This document shows, piece by piece, positions 38,759 to 52,560 of a stretch of 64,000 bases of DNA (the stretch's first letter is position 1; each line of letters starts with the position of its first letter). The stretch is taken from assembly GCF_036321535.1 (NCBI RefSeq), contig NC_087447.1:43216001-43280000 (forward strand), written 5' to 3'. Position numbers and translations under genes: made by a program. The notes under the pieces were generated by a model. It was given only the letters and a program-made list of their open reading frames with translations. It ran no database searches and was not told the origin of the DNA. The stretch comes from Camelus dromedarius (lineage: Eukaryota).

Positions 38759-41639
38759 GTAGGTTTTGACATAACAGGAATCAGACTGTTTCCCATTTAA
38801 AGAGTCAATTCAAAAATTTGTTTTTCTTTGATTTCTGGCCCACTTACTTTCATTTTATGTAATTGTCAACATATTTGTCATTTACATATTATTTTTCACT
38901 TAACATTTCCATTTTCATGCTATCAAGTAATCTCATTTTCAAGAGTATGTTCAGCATTGTGCATATTATTGGGCGAGTGAGTAAATTTGTGAGCAGAACC
39001 TACAGGGTAAAAGAACTGGGTTTTAAGAAAGACAGTTTCCTAGCTGGCTAAAAAAGGCATAATTTTAAGTAAAACCAGGTTATTAAATATTATGCTTTCT
39101 TCTTGAGACAAAATGAGAGAAGAGAGCTAATGTGATCACAGTAGGCATTTGTTTCATGTTGGCTGTGCCAGAACTGAATTAGACGTGTCAATAGGTGTCA
39201 GGAGCAACACTAGCCCTTTAGGATGCCCTGCAGTGAAGGCGTTCTTCTCTTGCTGCAGGGCTGCTGAGGGTCTGAAAAGGTGGCTTCCAGAGATTGATAG
39301 AAAGTGAGCATCAACTAAGAAAACATGGGTGTTGGAAGGCCAGGGAAGAGAAACTAGAATGTGAGATTAAGAACAAAGAGGGATTCACTTTGAGCTCGGC
39401 CTTCTGACCAGAATGGAGGAAGAACTGGGAGTGAGTGGCAGAATCCCATGTAGGAGGATGCATTGAAAGATCCCTCTTACAACCTCATGTGGAGTTTTTG
39501 CCTCAGAAAACTTCCGCTCTTGGCCTCTTCTGTTTACCATCCTTGGTGGTACTAGTGCCCCATACTCTCTTCCCTGCTTCCTGGCTCCTGCCTTGCCCAT
39601 CTTTGGCTGGGTAGGAGAAGAGTAAACATCCTCGAATTGCAGCCCCTTGGCTTGGCTTTTCCTTGCATTTCTGTTGAAATGACATTTATGAGGATGAACC
39701 TTGCCTATCTGGGCCCAGGACCCTTGACTTTCTTTTGGTCCAGAAAGCAGAGTGACTGTTTGGACTTTTCCCAAGTGGTAGAGATAAGGGTGCATATCTA
39801 TTCGTGAGTATACCTGTGTGAGCAGAGAATACTATTGGGTATTTATTGAGCACTTACTAGGAACCAAGCTTTGAGCTAAATGCTTTATCTACATTATCTG
39901 GTATTTGAGTGTTTTGTATGAGTGTGACTAAACCAGTTTGTGCAACTATACTTTTCTGGCCTTTTCTGCCCTTACCCTGTACCCCTCACAGTCTGGGTGG
40001 GGAAGTACCAGACTTATATAGACCCCAGTGCCTCACAAAATACCTGTACCCTGGACCTGGTCTATTTGAAGCTCTAGGCCACACCTAAGGGTCGTGAAAA
40101 CTATAGATGAATATCCGTGGGCAGGGCCTCTCACCTGGGAGACCCAACCCCTGGGCCTTGGGGTAAGAAATAAGAAACCACATGAAGATATTTTCTCACT
40201 ATTATTCACTGCCATTCAGACTCCCTTAGCTCAAATCAAATAACCCCACCACGCACACCATCTTTCCATTGCCCAAGCTAGGGATGCAGCACTGTGACCC
40301 CTAACTACTGTTTGTCCTCTCTGTGCCAGGATTACTTCTCCTCATTGTATGTGCAAGGGCAGAGGAGCTGTGTGTCCCCTCCACCACCCCACACCATCAC
40401 TGCAGCTGGAGTTGTGCCGTCTCACTGTTTCTGGGGCCACAGATCCTAGCTAGGATCATTTATTTACTCCTTGTAAGACGCCGGAGTGTAGACTCTTTGA
40501 GAATATACAGATTCCAGACTGCCACATGGCAATGACTGTGTAAAACGTTTCCCCCGGTACCTCTCAGGAACCGGAGAGCCGCTCTCCTTCCACTGCGGAG
40601 AGCAGAGCTTGTGTCTTTCTTTCCCAGGTCTCTCATTTTCCAGGCCATAAGGATGTGCCTTTCTCTCTGAAAAGCCTTAATCTAAGACCTTTTATCCTTA
40701 TAGGTAGGCCCTCTGGGACTTCCGCCTTCAAAACTGCAAGGGCTAGGTAGCTGCATGTTTTACATTCTTTTCCTTTTTATACTTAAATCCTTTAACCTTA
40801 GTTTCTGCGGCATTTGTTCTTTTACAAGTCTGTGCTTCTAGGATTATTAGAAGAGCCCAAAATACCCCTGTATTTTTTCTGTCAGATCAAGATTTTATCA
40901 CATCTCCAGGCTTCTGGGGGTCAGGGAGAGGATTTCAGACAAAGAAGACATGTTCGTTTACAGCCTTCAAAGTCCTTTTATATAATGTCACTCCATAACT
41001 GTAAGACTTCGCTTAAAATTCCAGTATAGTTACTGAAACTTCATCTCAATGTTTATGTAAGACTCAAAATATGAAAAAAAGAATCAAAATATGGGAAAGA
41101 TTTTTGATATTACCTAATAAAACTTTTCAGACAGCTTTCACCTGTGAACAATGTAAGTCTGCACACATTTTTAAATAATTAAGCCTCCTGGAAGGTCGGT
41201 ATTGTGCCAGGGTTTGTCTAATATTAAGCACATTCTCTAGCCCAAGGATACAAAGGCTAAGGAAAGGATCTAGGAATCAGAATTGAGGTGCCCTCATTTC
41301 TGTCCTTGTGATCAGCACAATTTCCTTCCTGGAGCAGCATGTCCAGCTGTAATTATTTACCTAGAAGCATGTCATAGACCAAGAGGAGAAGCGAGGGTGC
41401 AAACATGTTGGCAGGCATGTTGAGTGTGTGAGACTGTAGATTTCTGGCATCATTGTTGGGATATAAACTCTTTGAGGACAGGCTTAGTCTGTTTTGTTCA
41501 CTGTGTTCACTTAGTAGGTACTAAGTAAATATTATTGGAAAAGAGTAGATACTCACTTGTGATACAAGCATGTGTACATATATTATCACGGTGGAAGAGT
41601 AAATCATGATTATTCTGTGTTGAGCTTCTCTTCATTTCC

Positions 41640-42700
41640 TAAACTCTGTGTTCAGGGTCCTACTAGACATGTCTCATAGATACCTCCCCTTATCCTCATC
41701 AAACAATAAATGTCTTTTGAGTGAGTGAGTGTCCAAAATGGAACTCACCATCTACCCGTGGATGAACCTGTACTTCCTTTAATGTTCCCCATCTCAGCAA
41801 ACGGCTCCACCATCTACTTAGTTGTCCAAAGCAGAAATTTAGATGTCGTCTTTGATTCACCTTTTCCTTCATTTCCCATGTCTCATCAATCACCATGTCT
41901 TGCCATTTCTTCCTAATTAATAGGTCTGTGTCCCTGCAAATGACTTTAAACTCTACTAGGCAGGGATTATCCTCCTTTTTCCCAGAGCCTAGCATAGGCC
42001 AATAGTAGCCTTTAGAAAAGTATTAGTTGAAATGGAAGAATAAGTGGGTGAGTGGAGTATGCCTTTACTTTTGACATAGGTCAGAACTATCTCATGTAGT
42101 TTCTTTTTCTCTAATGTTGCCTCCTTCTAGTTCACTTTCTGCTTTCCAACCCAGTGGGTTACATCTTTTGTTTTAACCCTTCAGTAGGTCCCTGTTGCTC
42201 TTGATGAAGTGCAGAATCTTTAACAGGACTTGCATGGTCCTGGGTGACGTGGCTCTGCATACTTCAGTTGCTTTAACCTTCTCCATTCTTTTCTGTCTGT
42301 GGTCCAGCCACACTGACTGCTTGCTGTTTGTTCCTCTGAGGAACTGTGCACTTTTGCTTCTAGGACTTTACGTATACTTTTTTCCTTTGCTTGGGTGTCC
42401 CCCCAACCCCCTCCCCACACACACTTATTTTAACTCTTGCTTGACTTAAAGTCTCAACTTAGACATCATTTCCTCCGAGAGCCTTTCCCTGAACCCACAG
42501 CTTGGTTAGGTGTTCCTCCTATGTGCTCTCAGGCCACCTGCTTCTGCTGGATATTGTAAGCATATTACTTCCTTATTTTCTGTTAACTTTTCTGTTTTCC
42601 CTAATGCCCTGTAACCTTCTTGAGGATAGGGAATTTTCATTGTTCAAATTTGCATTCCTAAGTGCTGGCACACTGGCAGTGTCTGTACATGTTGAAGGAA
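41640..42700. mobile_element. LINE-2 fragments
   Basis: L2-like tgtccaaaatggaactcaccatct, gtctcaacttagacatcatttcctc, gcctttccctgaaccc. Confidence 0.6.
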
Positions 42701-42869
42701 TGATTGAGGTAGATGTAAAGAAACTACTTTAAAGCAGGCATTTTCAGCAATAATAAGAGTATTTTGGTACCTATTTTGATTTGTTCTGCACAGCCCTAGA
42801 TGGTTGTCAGTGGCAGGTGTTTTCTCTATAAGGAATTGATCTCAGAGAGAAAATACACGCTCTAGGAAC

Positions 42870-43347
42870 ATGTTTTCTATGGCTGCTGTAACAAATGACC
42901 CCTAACTTGATGCCTTAAAACAACACACATTTGTTACCTTACAGTTCTGTATATTGGAAAGTCCTACCCTGGACTAAAATCAAAGCGTTGGCAGGACTGC
43001 ATTCCCTTCTGGAGGCTCTGGGGTAAAACCTATTTCCTTGCCTTTTTCAGATTTTCGAAGCTGCCACATTCCTTGGCTCATGGACTTTCCTCCACTTTCA
43101 AAGCAACAGTGGGTTGAGACTCTCATATCGTATTATTTTAGCCTCTTCTGCCTCCCCGCACTGCTTTTAAGGACCTTCATAATTGTATTGTGTCCTCCCA
43201 AATAACCCAGGATCATCTATTTGCAATCTTTATTCCATTTGCAGCCTGAAGCCCCCTTATGTGTGAGGCAACGTCATTATAGGTTCCAGGGTTTTGGATG
43301 TGGACATCTTTGGAGGGTGGGGAGGGGATGTTACTCTGCCTACCACA
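42870..43347 (-). mobile_element. MaLR solo LTR (MLT1C/D-like)
   Basis: ggctgctgtaacaaatgacc...ttacagttctg...cttctggaggctctggg...tctgcctaccaca. Confidence 0.78.
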
Positions 43348-46300
43348 GAAGGTCTAAGGGAAAGGGAGAATTTGAATAAGCCTTACAGGAGGGAAGGATT
43401 CCCTCAGGCAGAGTTTGGGGAAAAATGTTTCAGAGGGAGGGGCTGGCACCAGCAGCAAACAAGGTGAGAGAATCAAGGCATGTTTTTTGGAATAGCAGGT
43501 CATTCTGAGTAACTGGAGTGAAGTACACCAGGGCTGTGGTAGATGGGAGGCAACTGATGGGAGAGAAAACGAGACAAGTAAACGGGGCCAGACTGGAAAG
43601 CCCTGAATGGTAGGCTGAGAAATTGGAATTCATTGTCTTTACAGTAGAGGGCCTCTGAAGGCTTTTGAGGAGAAAGGCCATGATCTGCTATGCTTTAGAA
43701 GAGTAAATCATATGTAAAGTGCTATATGCTAGGATATTGAAAGAGTTCTAGCAAAGGTAATAAACAGGCCGGGAGAGAGGAAAATAGGTGGGGGGCAAAT
43801 TAAGGGGACTTCAAGGAGGAGGAAAAATCATAGGCTGTATCAGGATTCCTTGGATGCAAGCAGCCAACTCTGGGTAGCAAAAATTTGGAGGGCGCAGCAG
43901 AATTTGTTGGAAGAGTATGGGGTAGCTTACAATATCAAAAGAATAGCTGAAGATTAAGTGTTAGCAAGAAGAGTGGGAACCAGAGTAGGTATGAGTATTT
44001 AGGGAATAGGAACAAATGGGCAGTCTCTTCAAGGACTGCTGCCAGGATGAATTAACGTGAAAAATTTTCAGTTCGGGCTTCACTGTGCTCAAGATCCAGT
44101 TTTAGAAAGTATAGTTGGCCCAGCTCGGGTCATATATTACTGAGTATCACTGAATCGATCACTGCAGCCAAAGGGATGGAGTGTGATGGTTGGCCATGGG
44201 CTACGTGGCCAACCTTGAAAGAGAAGTCAGGGGACGGATGGCTTTAACATCTACACCGTGAGCAGAAGAGGGATTGGTTTTCCAAAAGAAGACTAACTAG
44301 ATAAGAGAAACAAAGGACAAGAGAGAGATGATTTGGAGATTTACAGCCCAAACTAGAAGGAAGATTATGGCATCAACCAAAATAAAAGCACAGAATGACG
44401 GTAAGGTGTTAGGATAGGATCATGAGTTCAGCTTTGAATGTGGTTGAAGTGCAATCAGAACACCCATGTATGATGTATCACAACAATAGGAAATTTGGGT
44501 ATTGAGGTCAGAACAAAGGACACAAGTTAGGAAGTCGTTTGACTGGGTGTAAGAGGTAAGGGCCAGGGGGAAAATGAGATCACCAAACCCTTGAGGCATA
44601 TCACACTGTGTGGGAGTCACCTGCATTCTTTTGCTGGTCTGATTTCTGTGCTCATCATGAACGGTGTTGTAAGAGACTGTTTCATTCTCTCTGGGTTTAA
44701 CTTTTGGATGATTCCTCTGGGTTTGTAGCCTTCAGAAGTCTCAGTTATCTCCCAGCGTGACCTTTTATTTTCTAATATCTTAGAATCTGCCCTCCCTGCT
44801 CTCACCTAGCTTGCCTGGTCGTGCAGAGCTGCTCATGATCCTGGGCCAACTAGGATATGGTTTTGAAGGGTGAATTTAAGATTAACTTCATTACAGTGGC
44901 AAGGCCTCCTAGTAGAAATGCCCAAGAGATAACTGGTGTTATGAGACTGGCCTTTGTGTCAAAAGTCCAGGTTAGAGGTAGAGTTTGGGCATCATCTTTG
45001 TAGAGGTGATGGTTTAATCTGTGATAATTGGGTCTGATTACTGAGGGCATGACTGTAGGAGTGGAGAACGAGATTCCCAGGATTGAGCCTTCTGGAAAAC
45101 CATGTTTTAGGAGGGGACTAAGAAAGTGAGCCAGGATCAGATTTACAAGGAATGGTTAAATAAGTGGGAGGAATACAGATGTCTCCATAGCCAGAGGAGG
45201 AGGACCTATCAGGAGAGGCTGGTCCACAGAATGAAATGCGAGCAAGAGACCTTCGGACTTGAGAGTAAATTGGGCATTGATATTCACAAGTTTTGGTAAA
45301 ATGATGGAGCAGAAGCCAGATTTCAGGGAGGCAGGAGAAGATGGATGTTGGGAATGTGAGGACTGATCAAACACGTTTGTCAAGCAGTTACAGCATTCAT
45401 GGCACTTGTGCCTACGCTGTTGTGAACTTACCACTTACTGATACACCATCCAAGAGTATCAAACCAGGTTGCCACAATGAAGAATCCATGAGTGTTCATT
45501 GCAATAAGTTCAGAAGACGTAAGTGGATCATGATTAATTGCCTAATGCATGATATGGACACTGTGAGTACATTTGAGGGCACTTTAGTTTGGAATTCTCT
45601 CTGAAAGCTTCTCTTGTCTGTTTCTGCCTCTCTTAGCCTACCCATCCCTCTTCTAATTAAGGGTTCCAATTTTCCATGAGTTAGGAGACAGTCAAGACCA
45701 TTTCATTCAGTAAAAATCAGAGTATACTGAGTACAGTCCAGAGAGGTAACATGTGCAGCATGTTGTGACAAGCATATGGGCTCTTTAGCTAGGGGTGGCC
45801 TAGCCGCCTCAGAAGCCTCCCGGAAAGTGGGTTGTTACAAGAAAGAATTAGGGGTTATGAAACAGGTGCGCAGTTGTGGTGAGTCAGGACTCCGGTCCTG
45901 ATGGGAAGAGTAACGCAGCCATTCAGCTGCTTGCGGGACAGCCTGGCTTCTTCAGATCGTGGCTTTGAGGCCATTCAGCGTGGGAAAAGTGGCACTCGTG
46001 GGGTTTTTGTTTTCCTCCCACTGAGGTCTGTAGAAACGTTGTGTCTTCATTATCTAGTTAACCATCTTAACGTTGGAGGGAGAAGCCCTTTTTTCTTTTT
46101 CCCTATCAGTCATTAAGGCTAACGTCAATGTAGGTTAAGTGTAAAAAGAAACGTAGGTTCGGGACTAGACGATTAGAACAATTGGTGTTACCTCCACAAG
46201 GCTAGTATAGAATGTAGCATGCCCCCTTCATGAGTGTTGTGTTGACTTCAAATGCTTTGGGTTTTTAAGAGGAGAATAAGTAGCCTCTGTTAAATCCTGC

Positions 46301-47195
46301 CGCTAGATAAAAGCCGTCCCAAAGCAGATGGCTCTCAGTCTTCTGAGCAGGGCCTTGCCTGCCTGTCAGTGTGAGGCAGTGCTTCCCTCTCAAAGGAAAT
46401 AGTCACATCGTCATCCATGAGCCTCATCTCACTTGTGCCGACATCTCCCCAGAGCCACACAGCTAGGGTAGTACTCACACCCAGGTTTTCTAACCTGTGG
46501 AACTGGAGCGCTGTGCTTCAGTAATCGCACAGAATGCTCAGAAGTCAGGAGACTTTAGTTTCAGTTAGAGTGCTGACATTAACTAGCAATGTGAGTAAAT
46601 GTGTATTTTCCCCTCCATGGGGCCTCAGTTTACCCAATTTCTCTGGTCTAGATGATTTGTCAGAATGATCCAGCTCTGAAATTTTAAGATCTATCTTTAT
46701 TTCTGCATGAGTAGCTTCAGCCTGGTGATTCTAGGGTTGGCCTGGTAGCATATTTTTTCCTAGTTGAAGCTAATGATCCAGCACATTTTCTTTTGATGAT
46801 CTTACTTCAGAGAAAAGTGGCTTGTAGTAAATGGAATAATGTGAGTAATGGTGAAATTGCTTGGAGATTAGAGAATCAGGGCAGTGAGGTGTACTGGAAG
46901 AACACTGAACTGAAAGCTAAGACATTTGGGGTCTTGTCCCAGTATTGACATTAAGTCATTCTGGGACCTTGGACAATCACTTGAACTATTCTGGGCCTTA
47001 GTTTTCCCATTTATAAAATCACAACATTGAACCAACATCTCTAGTTCCCAGCTGTGCAGTTCCAGGGTCAGTTCCTAGAATTATTATCTGTTGCTGTTGG
47101 ACTTCCTATTCTGGAATCCAGACAGAGCATAGTGATGTTTATGTTCATTGCCTTGGACTTACCACTCACTGGCCGGATTGTCTGATATTTCTAAG

Positions 47196-47344
47196 CAGAG
47201 CACAGACAGTGACTTCTGACCAAGAAAAACGGTTGCTGCATCAGCTCCGAGAAATCACCAGGGTCATGAAAGAAGGAAAACTCATTGACAGACCCACTCC
47301 AGAGAAAGAAGCTGAGGAGGCCCCTTACATGGAGGACTGGGAAG
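47196..47344 (+). CDS. RIC3: RIC3 coding exon 5 (alternative start at 47199 via tandem acceptor)
   Basis: Acceptor ctAAGCAG; (S)RAQTVTSDQEKRLLHQLREITRVMKEGKLIDRPTPEKEAEEAPYMEDWE; donor G|GTAAAC at 47345; 149 or 146 nt. Confidence 0.95.
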
Positions 47345-47399
47345 GTAAACAGTGTCTTCTTACTTCTTTGTTAACCATCAGCCCAGAAGAGAGATCTTA

Positions 47400-49220
47400 T
47401 AAAATTTTTTTAATCAGCTTTATTACTGAGGTATAATGTATATACAATAAAATTCACAAATGTTAAGTGCATAGTTGGATGAGTTGTGACAGATGTGTAG
47501 AGTTGTGTAATCATACCACAGTCACGATATTACCATCATCTCGGAAAGTTCCCTCTTTTGCTGCGAATCCCCTCCTTCTGCCCCTGCAACAGCTGAACTG
47601 CTTTCTGTCTCTATAGCTTTACCTTTTCTATATAAATGGATCATAGCACGTGCTCTTCTGTTTCTGCCTTCATTGATTCAGTGTAATGCTTTTGAGATTC
47701 ATGCGTTGAGTGGTATGAGTAGTTCCCTGTCTTTTTTTTTAATTGCTAAATGGTGTTCTGTTGTCTGGATGTACCACAATTTGCTTCTCCACTCACCAGT
47801 TTAGGAACAATTGGGTTGTTTCCAGCTTTGAGCTATTATGAATCAAACTGCTATGAACTTTTGCATACAAGTTTTTACTGGAACATATATTTGTATTTCT
47901 TTGGGTATATACCTAAGAATGAGGTTTCTGGATTTTATAAGTGTATGTTCAACTTTGTTAGAAACTGTCAGTCTGCTTTCCATTTTGCCTTCCCACCTGA
48001 AATGTGTGAGAATTGCAGTCACTCCACATCCTTGGTAACACTTGGTACTGCCAGTCCTTTTAATTTTAGCTGTTTTAGTGAGTGTATAGTGGTATCTCGA
48101 TTGTGACTTTAGTATGTATTTCCCCAGTGACTGATGATGTTGAATATTTGTTCACGTACTTATTTGCCATCTGTATATCTTCAGTGAAGTGTCTGTTCAT
48201 TGTTTGCCACTTTCTTTACTGAGTTGGTTGTGTTCGTATTGAGTTGCAAGAGTTCCTTCTATATTCTGGGCATAAGTTATCAGTTACAAATTTTGAAAAT
48301 ATTTCCTCCTAATCTGTGGCTTGCCTTTTTATTTTCTTAGTGGCATCTTTCCAAGAGCAGATTTTTTTCATTTCAGTGAAGTCCAGTTTATCATTTTCTC
48401 TTTTATGATTCACTTTCTTGTGTGTCTAAGATAACTGCCTAACTCAAGGTTTGCCTAACTTCTCTGTTTTCTTCTAGAAATGTTATGGTTTTAGCTCTTA
48501 CATTTAGGCCTATGGTCCATTTTGAGTTAGTTTTTATATGGACTGAGGGGTTTTTTTCCATTTGATATTTAATTATTCTAGCTTATTTTGTTACATTTTA
48601 TTACCTTGGCATGTTGGTTGGAAATCAACCCTTCCCCTTTTGGAAAATGGAAAATCAGTTGACCATATGTGTGAGTCTATTCTGGACTTGCTGTTCTCTT
48701 TCATTGATCTGTGTGTCTGTACTTATGCCAAGACCACAATGTCTTTTTTCGCTGTGTCTTTATATTGTCTTGAAATCAGGTAGTGCAAGTTCTTCAACTA
48801 TGTTTTGTTCAAAATTATTTCAGTAATTCTAGGCTCTTCACATTTGCATATAAATTAAGAATCAGTGTGTCAGTTTCTACAAAGAAAAGCCTGATGGCAT
48901 TTTGATTGGCATTACATTGAATCTTTAAATCAGTTTAGAAGAATTGACATGAAAACAATATTGAATCTTCCATTCCGTGAACATTTTATATCTCTCCATT
49001 TACTTAGATCTTTAATATTTCAGCAATTTTTTTAATAGTTTTCAGTATCTAGGGTCTTGCACATGTTTTGTAAATTTATCCTTAAAGTTTGTTTTTTTGA
49101 TGGTGATATTTAAAATTTTTAAATTGCTTATTGCTATTTGTATAGAAACACAATTTATTTTTGTATTCTGATCTTGTATCCTGCAACTGTCCTAAACAGA
49201 CTTAAGTCTAGTAGCTTTTT
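47400..49220 (-). mobile_element. Old LINE-1, antisense in RIC3 intron 5
   Basis: cagctttattactgaggtataatg ... ttgggttgtttccagcttt ... gtgaagtgtctgttca. Confidence 0.85.
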
Positions 49221-50559
49221 TTAATATTTCTTATAAAAGAAAATATTTAGTTGAAAAAAGACTCAAGTCTTTGGCCGGAAAGAACTCACTAAATGTTAGG
49301 CAAAAATACTTGGAAAAATCCACACATTAATAGTACTCAGACATATGCTGATGAATCTGTACAAATTCAAATTTTTCAGTGTAAAAAGAATACAAACTTC
49401 CATACAGAAACCAAAAACTAGCTAACTAAAAACAGGTTGCCCATTGAGAAAAAGACTCAGACTGGGATAAGATTTGTCATTTTCAACATCAAATGGAAAG
49501 AGAATGAAGCAATGTTTTCAGACTTATAAGGGAAAATGGCATGATCTATGATTTTATACCCAGCCAAACAATTCTTTCTATAAAGGTGAAAAGTGGTTAT
49601 GTGTAGTACTCAGAAAGTACACCAGTCTATTGGGGGGGGGGGGTGCTTAAGGAAGTATTCTGACAGATACAAAAATTAAAATTCAAGGAAGAAGATACTG
49701 TATAGAAGAAAGTGTTGAACAATGAAATCAGTAAGAGTTACCTGCCCTCTCATTCTAGAATTCTGAGATTGGATCTTGAATGAGTCTTCTTTGCAGCTTA
49801 TCTTTATAATTTCCATTTCTTTGTCATTTTTATCTTTGTCCTAGGAGAATTCCTCACCTTGAACTTCTAGCATATTATTGTGGTTCTCAGTCATGTCCAT
49901 TTCAACCTGCTGTTTTCTTCTATTAAGTTTAATTTTGTTTTGCAGTTATGGCTTTCTTTTTCTAACAGCTCTTTGCTCCCTGTTTTAGAGTGAAGCCTGG
50001 TTGGTTTTATCAGTGCAATAACCTGTTGAGTATTACTGGCAGTCAGTTATAAGTTTGACATTAACTCTTTGTTTCCTGCGTTGACTTTTTTTAGGGCCCA
50101 TTTATATAGTTTGCTTAGTTTGGTTTCTCTGTTTTGAACTGCTTATTTCCTCTTAGGACAGTGAGTTTTTGTTGCTTGCTCATATTTTTAGTGAAGTTCT
50201 TGAGTAACCAGTAATAGTGACTGACATGGGCTACCTTAGTAGTTACGTGAGTTACTATTTGATTTTTCCTCAGCAGGCTTCCCCCTCTTAAACCAAAGCA
50301 GATAGTCATGGAAGTCCAAAGGTAAGCTTTGCTCTTGGTGTGGGGAGAAGGCAGGAACATGCCAGAAAATGGACTTCTCTTAAGCATTCAGTGGCTAGGA
50401 GCTAACTTGCAAGTAGACTTGCCCAGCCTCTGCCCTTCACCAGGTTGACTATGAGGGCCTTGGGTAGCTGAGATCCATTTCACCAAGCCTTCATCCATAG
50501 TCAGTTAAGCCTAGGAGTGAGGACTGTGTTGACAAGGTTCCTAACGTACTACAATCGGT

Positions 50560-51139
50560 GCTCATGAGGATGTGATAAGATGGACAGTTTTTTACATCAC
50601 TGGTAGGACTAAGAATTTATACAATTCTTCTGGAAAGTAATTTGGCAGAGTGTAAAAAAGGCTTTTAAAATGTCCATTCCCTTTGATCTGGTTTTCATAT
50701 TTCTAAAAGTCTATCTTAAAGAAATAGGGAAGTGGACATGGATTTATATTCAGAGATCTTAACTAATATGTAACTTATAATGGAAATTTGGAAAGAAACT
50801 GTCTTAAAAAGGAGAGGGATGGTGTATCATGTCAGTTATGTAGCTGTGCGGTGGCATAATTGTAGCCAACTTTAAAATGCCTGATAACATTATTATATCG
50901 TGAGCATTTCTCCATGTTGAATGAAAAAAATCCGGGTACAACATTTTATATCCAGTATGATCCTTCTTTGTTAAAGAAAAGAAAAATATATGTTTATATA
51001 TGATAAAAAAGACCAGAGATAGTACAGCAAATTGTTATCAGTGGTGGGATTCTAGGTGATTTGTGTTTTCTTTTTAAAACTTGTGTTTTTCAAATTTTCT
51101 ACAATGAGTCTGTATAACTTTTACTGTTTTTTGTTTGGT

Positions 51140-51170
<31 letters not shown>
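50560..51170. mobile_element. Old LINE-1 3' fragment followed by a T30 tract (51141-51170)
   Basis: tctggaaagtaatttggcag, aaattgttatcagtggtgggattctaggtgattt; homopolymer seen directly. Confidence 0.6.
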
Positions 51171-51171
<1 letters not shown>

Positions 51172-52123
51172 ATTATCAATGTTGTAAAAATGTCTCTTCA
51201 TACCCACCACGGCACCAAAAAAGACCCCTGGTTTTCAGAATTTGTAGGTGAAAAAAATTTGCCAATTATCATAATGTGCAAGTGGATTTTGAATTCTCCA
51301 GCTTTCACATTGCGCAGGGAGCATGGCTGCTATTGCCAGCACTGGCATATGAGCTCCAGCACGGCCCATCTGCCGCTCAGGCGCGGCTTGGCTGACACAG
51401 ATTTATTTCATTTCGTTCTTTAATTTGGCACCATTTTCCCTTTTCTCATTATCGTTGCTGGGATTCATTTTGTTTACCAGTTTGTTGTTTTCTTTTGTTC
51501 CCTTTTGTGAAAATGGAGAAGCCAACAATGGGCATTCTGTCTTCTGAAAATGCAGTCCTTGTCCTTCGGGATCTTGGGCATGTCTCGCTGAAGTGCTCTG
51601 TTTCTGACACTTGCAAGCCATTTCAATTGTTTTGATGAGTAGAAGGCTTTGTGGTGTATTTTTCAAAGAGCTCAGCATTCCTTCCCTCCTCCCCTCCCCA
51701 CCCCGGGAAGATTTAGAAATGGTTCCAAATAGAAATTATAAACATTAGCCTTGAGCTATGTGCTCTCCATCTGGTGTTTGGTACATTTTTTTCCCCCTGT
51801 AACTGAGACTCACGTTGTTTGTTTAATCTTCATCATTACTGCAGAAGCTTGAGGTGTGAGACGTACACTCTGCCCCGAGCACCCTGCACTTAAGAAGGGG
51901 ATTTTCAACTGAATTGGTTTGTGTTTCAGAGAGCTGGGGGACGGTCAGCAGACCGTCAAGAATTTGCTCAGGTGAAACTTTAGCACTGTTAGAGGCGTTT
52001 TAGAGTTTTCTGGAATGGATTTGTTGGATAGGATGGCTGCTGCCTGAGAAGCCTCTTTAAGCCTGACGCTGTTTATTTTGAAGAGAAATTCTTTGTAAGA
52101 CCTTGTGCCACTTTTTTCTCTAG

Positions 52124-52560
52124 GTTACCCTGAAGAGACTTATCCAATTTATGACCTTTCAGATTGCATCAAGCGTAGGCAAGAAACCATCCTAGTGGAT
52201 TACCCCAACCCACAAGAGCCCTCTGCTGAAGAAATAGCTGAAAGAATGGGGGTGCTGGAAGAGGAAGAATCCGACCATTTGGGTTGGGAAATGCCTACTG
52301 ACCCCAGAGCTCAGGAAGAGAATTCTGTTACCTTCTGTGACCCAAAGCCAGAAACATGCTCCTGCTGTTTTCCTGAAGAAGAGGATCCCGCTGTCTTGGC
52401 AGAAAATGCTGGATTCAGTGCAGACAGTTACAGTGAGCAAGAGGAAACCACTAAAGAAGTGTGGCCCCAGGACTTCAGAGGTGAAGGCTTGGGCATCAGT
52501 GATGATAAGGCACATCCAGGTGGCATGTTGAGGAAGCGGGGCCCCCAGGGTCTGGAATGA
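52124..52560 (+). CDS. RIC3: RIC3 terminal coding exon 6 (acidic C-terminal domain)
   Basis: Acceptor ttttttctctAG (52122-23); (G)YPEETYPIYDLSDCIKRRQ...MLRKRGPQGLE*; TGA 52558-60. Summed CDS 124+227+76+94+149+437 = 1107 nt = 368 aa + stop. Confidence 0.97.

Noticed and set aside
51141..51680. T30 tract as the tail of a minus-strand processed pseudogene
   Set aside because: No properly placed poly(A) signal, TSD or coding remnant seen; the tract lies at the T-rich end of an old L1 fragment.
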